Shown here: one piece after another, positions 8,170 to 14,370 of the stretch
Position numbering within the stretch: the stretch's first letter is position 1
Layout: every line of letters begins with the position of its first letter
NCBI GenBank assembly: GCA_964409005.1
Contig: CAYPBR010000002.1
Coordinates: forward strand, 1 to 53,308
Source of the DNA: Candidatus Woesearchaeota archaeon
GTDB taxonomy: Archaea > Nanobdellota > Nanobdellia > Pacearchaeales > GW2011-AR1
Direction: 5' to 3'
Length of the DNA: 53,308 nucleotides
Translations under genes and position numbers: made by a program
The notes under the pieces: model-generated
What the model saw: the letters and a program-made list of their open reading frames with translations, nothing else
Told to the model about the DNA's origin: nothing
Databases searched by the model: none

Positions 8170-8682
8170 ATGAGGTTTAATAAAGAAAGAATCCAAAGAG
8201 TAAAGGATGCCTTATTTAAAAAACCGTATATTTTTTATTTTATCTTTATTTTTTTAGTTTATATCGGACTTAATATCTGGATAAACCAGACATATTCTAT
8301 ACTCCCTGTGCTCGGAGGTTTTTCCAAAGTTTTTTTAATCCCATATTTATTATTTAGTTTTCTGATAATTCCTTTCCTGGTCGCATTAACGATTAATCTT
8401 ACAATTATAAAATTCAAAGAAGCTAGTTTAATTGGTGGTAAAGACGGAGGATTTACTTTTTTAGGTGTATTTGGAGGAATTTTTGGGGGGGCATGCCCTG
8501 GTTGTTTTGTTGGATTATTCCCAGCATTCTTGGGATTGTTCGGGATTACAGCATCATTAAGTATCTTACCTTTGTATGGTCTAGAAATTCAAATGATTTC
8601 TATTGCCTTGCTCATAGTTGCAGTAATCTTCTTAACAAGAGATGTGGTTTGTGAAGTTCCAATTAAAAATATTAAAAAATAA
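8170..8682 (+). CDS. polytopic membrane protein with intramembrane CPGC motif (candidate redox partner of the DsbA-like protein)
   Basis: 4-5 hydrophobic helices; GGACPGCFVGLFP lies within a helix; located immediately downstream of the DsbA-like gene. Confidence 0.45.
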   Translation: MRFNKERIQRVKDALFKKPYIFYFIFIFLVYIGLNIWINQTYSILPVLGGFSKVFLIPYLLFSFLIIPFLVALTINLTIIKFKEASLIGGKDGGFTFLGVFGGIFGGACPGCFVGLFPAFLGLFGITASLSILPLYGLEIQMISIALLIVAVIFLTRDVVCEVPIKNIKK

Positions 8683-8683
8683 A

Positions 8684-8830
8684 ATGGTTAAATTATGTGA
8701 TATTTGTGAAAAAAGAATACCTTTAGATAACTTTATTTATACTGGTTTTCTTAGTTGTTATGACTTTTGTAGGGAATGTAGACAGAAAATATTTAATTAT
8801 GTTAAAAAGAAAGTTAAAAGCAAGAAATAA
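8684..8830 (+). CDS. small zinc-ribbon protein
   Basis: CDICEK...CRECRQK; track ORF trimmed to ATG 8684. Confidence 0.4.
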   Translation: MVKLCDICEKRIPLDNFIYTGFLSCYDFCRECRQKIFNYVKKKVKSKK

Positions 8831-8832
8831 AA

Positions 8833-9216
8833 TTAATCAATAATTCTATAACTACCCCATTCATCTTGTTCAAGAATTAAAAAACTTATTTTTTCAGATT
8901 TCTTAGGTTTTACCTTCGGTTTTTTCACTATTTTATAAGAATTCTTTTTTATGTTATGAATTTTATCATGGCAAGGCCTACAAAGGGTTTGACTATTTTT
9001 TTCTGAATAATCTTTTTTCTTATACAGTGGAACTATATGGTTGATTGTTAAATTTTTATCTTTTCCACATTTTTCACAATTATCTTTAATAAATTGTCTA
9101 GAGTATCCTCTATTTCTTCTCCAATTCTTACGTTTTCGCCCTTCAATATTATATTTTACTACAATATCTTCTTCTACACGAAAACCGTTTCTTATTGCTT
9201 CTTTTGTTAATTCCAT
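8833..9216 (-). CDS. HNH endonuclease
   Basis: CEKCGKDKNLTINHIVP...NSQTLCRPCHDKIH. Confidence 0.8.
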   Translation of the reverse strand: MELTKEAIRNGFRVEEDIVVKYNIEGRKRKNWRRNRGYSRQFIKDNCEKCGKDKNLTINHIVPLYKKKDYSEKNSQTLCRPCHDKIHNIKKNSYKIVKKPKVKPKKSEKISFLILEQDEWGSYRIID

Positions 9217-9225
9217 TTTAAAAGT

Positions 9226-9290
9226 GTTCGCAAGGTTTTTGCTACCGTTAACCCTTCAAGTCAGGCACGGTAGAACACCTGAAACGAACG
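9226..9290 (-). ncRNA. GC-rich imperfect rod-like hairpin directly 3' of the tRNA array (function unknown)
   Basis: Minus strand: CGTTCG..CAGGT..CTACCGT-G-CCT-GACTTGA-AGG-GTTA-ACGGTAG..ACCT-T-G-CGAAC. It has nested stems of 5-6, 4, 7 and 3 bp. It is far more GC-rich than its surroundings. Confidence 0.35.
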
Positions 9291-9291
9291 A

Positions 9292-9362
9292 TGGGGATAG
9301 CAGGAATCGAACCCGCTTCTTCAGTTCTGGAGACTACTATAATACCAGTATACTATATCCCC
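9292..9362 (-). tRNA. trnW: tRNA-Trp(CCA)
   Basis: Acceptor GGGGATA/TATCCCC, A73, T arm GCGGG-TTCGATT-CCTGC, anticodon loop CTCCAGA. The D arm and the 27:43 pair are weak. 71 nt, no encoded CCA. Confidence 0.7.
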
Positions 9363-9363
9363 G

Positions 9364-9434
9364 TGGGGTTAGGATGAATCGAACACCCGCCTTACCGTCC
9401 CAAACGGCAAGTTCTGCCACTAAACTATAACCCC
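9364..9434 (-). tRNA. trnP: tRNA-Pro(TGG)
   Basis: Clean cloverleaf: GGGGTTA/TAACCCC, D GTTT-AGTGGCA-GAAC, anticodon arm TGCCG-TTTGGGA-CGGTA, T GGGTG-TTCGATT-CATCC, A73. Confidence 0.9.
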
Positions 9435-9437
9435 AAG

Positions 9438-9508
9438 CGCCCCAATCGAGAATCGAACTCGAGACTGACGGTCGACAACCGCCTGTTTTGCCACTAAACT
9501 ACTGAGGC
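9438..9508 (-). tRNA. trnD: tRNA-Asp(GTC)
   Basis: GCCTCAG/TTGGGGC, anticodon arm GGCGG-TTGTCGA-CCGTC, T TCGAG-TTCGATT-CTCGA, G73. Confidence 0.9.
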
Positions 9509-9510
9509 AA

Positions 9511-9583
9511 TAGCCCTACTCGGATTCGAACCGAGGTCTTCAGGTCCAAGGCCTGATATTCTTGTCCACTGAAATATAGGGCT
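9511..9583 (-). tRNA. trnQ: tRNA-Gln(TTG), archaeal-type A1:U72, unusual C33
   Basis: AGCCCTA/TAGGGCT, A73, anticodon arm TCAGG-CCTTGGA-CCTGA (C at position 33 = nt 9550), T CTCGG-TTCGAAT-CCGAG. Confidence 0.8.
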
Positions 9584-9584
9584 G

Positions 9585-9656
9585 TCCTCTTGGCAGGATT
9601 CGAACCTACGACACAGTGGGCTACGGCCACTTGCTCTACCGCTGAGCTACAAGAGG
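9585..9656 (-). tRNA. trnY: tRNA-Tyr(GTA), archaeal/eukaryal-type C1:G72, unusual C33
   Basis: CCTCTTG/CAAGAGG, A73, D GCTC-AGCGGTA-GAGC, anticodon arm AGTGG-CCGTAGC-CCACT (C33 = nt 9625), T GTAGG-TTCGAAT-CCTGC. Confidence 0.8.
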
Positions 9657-9662
9657 ATGGAC

Positions 9663-10097
9663 CTATTGAGAATCAAACTCAAGCTTTTTCGTCTCTTGAT
9701 ACGATTTGATTTTTTCCCAACTAAAACCAAAATATCTCATACACCAATGAATTCCTTTGTGGCAATGAAAACAAACATACACATATTCTTTACTCTTCAA
9801 TTCTCTTATCAAATCAACTAAAGACAAACTCATTAATCTTTTATGCTCTTTATTATCTTTCCTATGTGTTACTAATCTATCTTTATAACCACAAAATAAA
9901 CACTTTGTCCCAAGATATTCATTAATAATCTTCCTTCTTTTCATTCTATGGGTCTTATTGTGTGTATTTTTCCTTTCTTTTAATTCTTCTTCTGTTAGTT
10001 TTCTTGGTTGTGGTGTTGTCCTGGTTATTAATCCTTTTCTTTTTCTTCTTGCCCAATCCCTACCATATCTCCTTTGAATCTTTATATCTTTATACAT
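9663..10097 (-). CDS. intron-encoded HNH endonuclease (144 aa)
   Basis: MYKDIKIQRRYGRDW...CLFCGYKDRLVTHRKDNKEH...VCFHCHKGIHW. The ATG is 41 nt inside the intron and the stop is 30 nt inside the 3' exon. The longer track ORF (to 10235) is a read-through of tRNA sequence. Confidence 0.7.
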   Translation of the reverse strand: MYKDIKIQRRYGRDWARRKRKGLITRTTPQPRKLTEEELKERKNTHNKTHRMKRRKIINEYLGTKCLFCGYKDRLVTHRKDNKEHKRLMSLSLVDLIRELKSKEYVYVCFHCHKGIHWCMRYFGFSWEKIKSYQETKKLEFDSQ

Positions 10098-10138
10098 AAG
10101 ATATTTGGGTTTAATAAAGTATTTAAATCTTTCGTTTT
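9693..10138 (-). other. bulge-helix-bulge (archaeal splicing-endonuclease type) tRNA intron carrying an HNH ORF
   Basis: 3-nt bulges a-g-A38 and C36-A37-a flank the 4-bp helix UUUG/CAAG. The h' helix pairs intron nt 2-7 with nt -6 to -11. The intron sits at the canonical 37/38 position. Confidence 0.65.
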
Positions 10139-10177
10139 TGCAAACGAAATGTACTATCATTATACTATAGGCCCAAA

Positions 10178-10249
10178 AGCCGCCGGAGAGATTCGAACTC
10201 CCGACATCCGGTTTACAAAACCGATACTCTACCACTGAGCTACGACGGC
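10178..10249 (-). tRNA. trnT: tRNA-Thr(TGT)
   Basis: GCCGTCG/CGGCGGC, U73, D GCTC-AGTGGTA-GAGT, anticodon arm TCGGT-TTTGTAA-ACCGG, T GGGAG-TTCGAAT-CTCTC. Confidence 0.9.
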
Positions 10250-10911
10250 ATATAATTTAGATGATTTTTATCTAATATTATTAAGTTAATATTGTTTTGT
10301 TTTCTTACTCTCTGTATTTTATCTTTATCTTTTTTAATTAAATAATCATTTTTTGTATCATAATATGTATTTGTCTTTGGAATATAAAAATCTGGATAAT
10401 ACCAATGCCATTCTTTATTTTTATCAATCCATTTTATTGGCTTTGGTCTGACCCAATATATTTTCTGTTTATTCATACTTTTAGCAAAAATTAATTCATA
10501 ACTTGATTGGAGATAAAATATTTCTCCTTGAATATTCTTATAGTATATTTTCTGTTTCGATGTATGTCCTCCAAGTTTGTTTTTCTTAGCTATTTTACTT
10601 AACTTTTTTTTGGTTTTTTTATTGTGTGGATGTCCCTTTCCCGTATTTATTTTACTTAAATGTAATTTTAACTTTTTTGCTTTTTTAATACCAAATATTT
10701 CTTCATATGTTTTGCCTTTTCTTGGTGATTTGAGTTTGCCTTTTCTTGCTTTATTTGAACAAGATAATGAACAATATTTTTGTAAAGAATTTATTTTAAT
10801 TTCTATTTCTTTTTCACAAATATTACATTTAATTTTCTTTCTATCTACCATTAATAAACCTTTATTCCATGCATCTTGTCCTTTAGTATATACCATCTTA
10901 TTATAAACCAT
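10240..10911 (-). CDS. homing-endonuclease-like protein (zinc ribbon + NUMOD3-like repeats + PD-(D/E)xK domain)
   Basis: AWNKGL; CNICEKE...CSLSC; GKTYEEIFG and HPHNKKTKKKLSKIAKK repeats. C-terminus is SSYELIFAKSM...YYPDFYIP...YYDTKNDY. The stop overlaps the tRNA-Thr 5' end. Confidence 0.6.
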   Translation of the reverse strand: MVYNKMVYTKGQDAWNKGLLMVDRKKIKCNICEKEIEIKINSLQKYCSLSCSNKARKGKLKSPRKGKTYEEIFGIKKAKKLKLHLSKINTGKGHPHNKKTKKKLSKIAKKNKLGGHTSKQKIYYKNIQGEIFYLQSSYELIFAKSMNKQKIYWVRPKPIKWIDKNKEWHWYYPDFYIPKTNTYYDTKNDYLIKKDKDKIQRVRKQNNINLIILDKNHLNYMPS

Positions 10912-11172
10912 TTGTTATTTATAAATGTTACGGAACATCGCTATCTATGCTTTAGAGGCATTTAAAATAAAATAAGAAATTCCCACCCTTGTATTTCACC
11001 AAGAGAACTTATGGAGTAACCATCTATTTTTTAAGAATTAAAATATGGGAAATTAATGACTAGGTTGTCCTGTAGTATAATCCCAAATATTAAACGCAGC
11101 TTCGGCTATACAATTCTTTCTTTCAGACCGTTTTTTTACTGCTGATAACATGTTAGAACCAAGAAACATACA

Positions 11173-11180
11173 TTTATAAA
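11173..11180 (+). promoter_or_regulatory. TATA box for tRNA-Met
   Basis: TTTATAAA starts 31 nt upstream of the tRNA 5' end. Confidence 0.5.
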
Positions 11181-11203
11181 TATATCTATTTTAGTTTAGA
11201 TAT

Positions 11204-11276
11204 AGCAGGGTGGAGCAGCGGAGTGCTCGCGAGGCTCATATCCTCGAGGTCGTAGGTTCAAATCCTATCCCTGCTA
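11204..11276 (+). tRNA. trnM: tRNA-Met(CAT), A1:U72 (initiator-like in archaea; Ile2-type cannot be excluded)
   Basis: AGCAGGG/CCCTGCT, A73, D GAGC-AGCGGAGT-GCTC, anticodon arm CGAGG-CTCATAT-CCTCG, T GTAGG-TTCAAAT-CCTAT. Confidence 0.9.
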
Positions 11277-11632
11277 TTTTTTAATTTAATAGCTTTCCTT
11301 ATTGCTATTTGTTTTTTAATTTTTTCAGTTTTTTCTCTACAAATATTACACCTATTTCCACAACTTCCATAATGGGGTAAATCTCTAAATCCATCCCTAT
11401 AATTAAACCATTCATCATAAAAGGGAGTTGGTTCTTCAGCATTAGCAATCATTTCAGAGAATTTTCCTTTTTGAGAAATTTTAGGAGTTACCCATCCACT
11501 TCTTTTTCTATCTTTTTTTGATAGTCTAAACTTAGTGTAAACAAAATCCCCTTTATTTGTAGAGAGTTTTTGCTGTAAAAGTAAATCATCAAGAATTCGG
11601 GATATCTTCTTTTTCCTTCTTGAAATTGTCAT
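11258..11632 (-). CDS. hypothetical basic protein with C-terminal Cys cluster
   Basis: ORF track; HYGSCGNRCNIC. The last about 19 nt overlap tRNA-Met on the opposite strand. Confidence 0.45.
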   Translation of the reverse strand: MTISRRKKKISRILDDLLLQQKLSTNKGDFVYTKFRLSKKDRKRSGWVTPKISQKGKFSEMIANAEEPTPFYDEWFNYRDGFRDLPHYGSCGNRCNICREKTEKIKKQIAIRKAIKLKNSRDRI

Positions 11633-11678
11633 TTTGTGAACTACCCTTACCTAACATGAGTTGAAGTGAGTATCGAAT

Positions 11679-12224
11679 TCATTGTATATTCTTTCGAGTT
11701 TCTGTATTTACTTTTCCTTCGATAGTTTTATTCATTGATTTACTTAAAGAATTTTGTTTAAATTTAAATCTGTAATAAATGTCCGACTCGTCCCAATCAA
11801 GAGTATCACTAAAAGTCAGATGATACAAACTGCCAAATGCTGGCAGAGTATCTGTAGAATCTGATAAGATAGAACTATTATAATCTGGTTCTCCCCCCAA
11901 ATGCCCATAAGTATCTGAAAGCCAAACATTATTCTCCAGATTCTCCGACCCTTTATACAATCTAAGATTTGGTCTTAATTGAATATCATTATAACATTCA
12001 TTGAATACCTTCCCAAAAGTAGTAAGCCCCCAACTTACATAATCTTCATAAGTTATTGCCGAAATATTAAGAGTAAAAGAATTGTCTTGTGGGTTTATAT
12101 AAGTTGTATCTGCATTTACATAAACTGTGTCTGTTTTGATGTCTGACTCTTCTGGTACTGGATATGTTGGAGTCTCACAAGATAACAATGTTAATAATGC
12201 TAATCCTGTTAATGACTTTTTCAT
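11679..12224 (-). CDS. lipoprotein (lipobox LLSC)
   Basis: MKKSLTGLALLTLLSC signal + lipobox. The N-terminal region is paralogous to 15810..16565. Confidence 0.6.
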   Translation of the reverse strand: MKKSLTGLALLTLLSCETPTYPVPEESDIKTDTVYVNADTTYINPQDNSFTLNISAITYEDYVSWGLTTFGKVFNECYNDIQLRPNLRLYKGSENLENNVWLSDTYGHLGGEPDYNSSILSDSTDTLPAFGSLYHLTFSDTLDWDESDIYYRFKFKQNSLSKSMNKTIEGKVNTETRKNIQ

Positions 12225-12295
12225 GTTATTTAAAGTCGTTTGTTATTTATAAATTTTTATTAAACAATTATATAATTTATTTAGAGTGCAAAAAT

Positions 12296-12823
12296 CTAAT
12301 TATAATTTTGTATCTTGTTTATTGCTTTTTGGGAATTGTTTATTGCATTTTCAATACCTACACTTGCTTGTTCTGGCAAGTTTAAAATTGTTAACACATC
12401 TATATGTTTTTGTAATTGTAATCTTATTTTCTCTCTCATTTGTTCTTTTAGAATTTCATTTCCTTCTTCTTCATTAATATCTATAATTTGTTCAATTACC
12501 CTTTCTCTTTCTTTGTGTCCTTGATTAAGTAATTCATTTTGTCTATTCTTAGTTGGTACATTTTCAAAAGAGACTGGATTATTAATAAGTTCTTTAATTT
12601 CTGCTAATCTTTCTTCTGCTATTTGTAATCCGTAATTAACTTTTGCTTCATTACCAAAAGTGAAAGCCATTCTTATTCTTTCTAAAGCAATATCTAACCC
12701 CCAAAAAGTAGAATCTAATCCTATTCCAGTACTTTCATCTAATTCTTGAGCAGAAATAAAAGAAATACTAAGAAATAACATAAAAACAAATATCACCCCA
12801 ATTAAAATTTTTCTTCTCATCAT
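12296..12823 (-). CDS. secreted helical protein
   Basis: Track ORF trimmed to MMRRKILIGVIFVFMLFLSISFISAQE (signal peptide) with GGGAGGGG upstream. Confidence 0.5.
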   Translation of the reverse strand: MMRRKILIGVIFVFMLFLSISFISAQELDESTGIGLDSTFWGLDIALERIRMAFTFGNEAKVNYGLQIAEERLAEIKELINNPVSFENVPTKNRQNELLNQGHKERERVIEQIIDINEEEGNEILKEQMREKIRLQLQKHIDVLTILNLPEQASVGIENAINNSQKAINKIQNYN

Positions 12824-13159
12824 TTTTGAATATGAAACCCCTCCCTGTGTGAGAGGGATTATTCCATTAAACATATTTCTAGGCTCCTACCGAAACTTTA
12901 TTGATGGTTTCTGATAGGACAACCAATTTAAACAATTGGAACACTCTTATCTATTGGGAATTTTCCCTAAATGTTATTGTTCCTTATTCATTTATACATC
13001 GTTCTGATTGCCAACTTAGTTGATACAATACTGCATCTATTTACTGACCCTCAGCCCGATTTACATATCCGTTCAAAACACATTCTGTGTGCTTGGCGAT
13101 AAAACTTTAACTTCCTTAATAAAGAATCAAACCTTTATAAATGTTTCTATAAAAAACCT

Positions 13160-13219
13160 TGGGAGGACGTGAACGTCTTCAGATAGCTTACTCCGCCCCT
13201 TTAACACCACTCTTTTTTT
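13160..13219 (+). ncRNA. candidate small RNA (TATA box, hairpin, oligo-T)
   Basis: TTTATAAA at 13134-13141; 7-bp hairpin GAGGACG-TGAA-CGTCTTC at 13163-13180; run of 7 T at 13213-13219. No ORF. Confidence 0.3.
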
Positions 13220-13366
13220 ATACCCAGTGATGAATATAGAATTTTATAGTGTTTAGTCCCCCTAGGTTAAAGAGGTGTGATATTAAGAGTATTTTTCCAT
13301 TTATAAATATTTCTATAATTTGGGTAATAGCAAAAGACTTATAAAGTTTAGAATCACCTGTTTATA

Positions 13367-13846
13367 ATGGAATATTATTGTATTTTTTGTGGGAAAGAAT
13401 TAGATGGTCAAAAAAGAAAATTCTGTTCAAATTCATGTAAATGTAAACAATTCTTTAAAGAACATCCTGAAAAATGTAATCTTAAATGTAGACCTAAAGT
13501 TAATAATGAATGTTTAACATGCGGAACTCATTGTGGAAGGAAAAGATATTGCTCCAATATCTGTAAACCCATTAGGATATATCAAAAACAATATTGGAAA
13601 AATATTGAAAGATTAAATGCTAAATGTAAAATATGTGAAGGAACAATATTTATACCACATGTCCACCATATTAATGGGAATCACAAAGACAATAGAAAAG
13701 AAAATTTAATTGTTTTATGTCCTTCTTGTCATATGAAAATTCACAATCGTTCTAAAAAGAAGCAACCTAGACCGACTAAAAAAGAAGAAGAAAGAGAAAT
13801 TAATTTGGAAGAATATAGAAAAAGATTATCTATCATTCACACCTGA
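13367..13846 (+). CDS. HNH endonuclease with N-terminal zinc ribbons
   Basis: HVHHINGNHKDNRKENLIVLCPSCHMKIH. TTATAAAG starts 28 nt upstream of the ATG (leaderless geometry). Confidence 0.8.
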   Translation: MEYYCIFCGKELDGQKRKFCSNSCKCKQFFKEHPEKCNLKCRPKVNNECLTCGTHCGRKRYCSNICKPIRIYQKQYWKNIERLNAKCKICEGTIFIPHVHHINGNHKDNRKENLIVLCPSCHMKIHNRSKKKQPRPTKKEEEREINLEEYRKRLSIIHT

Positions 13847-13901
13847 TTTGTTCCAAAAATCAATATAATTTTTCTAGCCAATTCTTTTCGCATTTCACTT
13901 G

Positions 13902-14099
13902 TTATATCTTAATTTCATAGAATTTTAAAACTTTATATCTTTCTTCTTTCCCACCACATCTTTGAAGAATATATCCTTCTTTCCCAATTCTAATATCTTG
14001 TAAATCTCCACGCATCTCTTGAAATTTTACTTCTTGGGTTTCACCTATTTTATCTAACTCTTTTCCGGTGATAAATTTTGATTCTATTGTTCTTTTCAT
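13902..14099 (-). CDS. hypothetical protein
   Basis: ORF track; tightly packed. Confidence 0.4.
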   Translation of the reverse strand: MKRTIESKFITGKELDKIGETQEVKFQEMRGDLQDIRIGKEGYILQRCGGKEERYKVLKFYEIKI

Positions 14100-14101
14100 T
14101 T

Positions 14102-14368
14102 CTATTCTTCCGTTTCTGTTGGCTGGTTAAATAATTCAGGGGGTAAACAGTCAATAGCAATAATGTTAATTGTTTGATTCCCAAAAATTAATGGAACTAC
14201 TTGACAAGTTGCAACTTGTTGCATAATAGTAGCAATAGCAAAATTAACTCCAATTTGTTGGTTTTCAGTTGCTTTATCGTCGCTGGCAGGTTTTAATACT
14301 AAAGCATAGATAACAACCAATAAAAGAATCACAATAATACCCACAAGAATTTTATTTGTTTTCTCCAT
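14102..14368 (-). CDS. small membrane-anchored protein
   Basis: N-terminal TM ILVGIIVILLLVVIYALVL. Confidence 0.45.
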   Translation of the reverse strand: MEKTNKILVGIIVILLLVVIYALVLKPASDDKATENQQIGVNFAIATIMQQVATCQVVPLIFGNQTINIIAIDCLPPELFNQPTETEE

Positions 14369-14370
14369 TT

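Larger units (their letters stand above)
9658..10174 (-). tRNA. trnA: tRNA-Ala(TGC) interrupted at 37/38 by a 446-nt intron (exons 10139..10174 and 9658..9692)
   Basis: The joined exons give a 71-nt cloverleaf. Features: GGGCCTA/TAGGTCC with G3:U70 and A73, D GTAT-AATGATA-GTAC, anticodon arm TTTCG-TTTGCAA-CGAAA, T TTGAG-TTTGATT-CTCAA. The junctions fold as hBHBh'. Confidence 0.75.

Noticed and set aside
9226-9290. An eighth, arm-less or degenerate tRNA downstream of tRNA-Trp
   Set aside because: It folds as one long rod. There is no T-loop consensus, no D arm and no 7-bp acceptor with discriminator. The loop GACUUGA lacks the Y32-U33 context.
9041-9430. Plus-strand 129-aa ORF across the tRNA cluster
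   Set aside because: It is antisense to the HNH gene and to tRNA-Trp and tRNA-Pro. It is a translation of structured RNA genes, not a protein.
9693-10138. Group I (or group II) self-splicing intron in tRNA-Ala
   Set aside because: The last 5'-exon base is A, not the U needed for the P1 U.G pair when the intron ends in G. The ORF fills essentially the whole insert, leaving no room for a P3-P9 core. There is no GUGYG...AY group II signature. The BHB geometry fits instead.
9663-10235. Track ORF of 190 aa starting MVEYRFCKPDVGSSNLSGGFW...
   Set aside because: Its first about 45 codons are a read-through of tRNA-Thr and the tRNA-Ala 5' exon. The plausible protein starts at ATG 10097, inside the intron.
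13224-13290. C/D-box sRNA suggested by GTGATGA at 13226-13232
   Set aside because: No matching D, D' (CTGA) or C' boxes occur at the expected spacing downstream.
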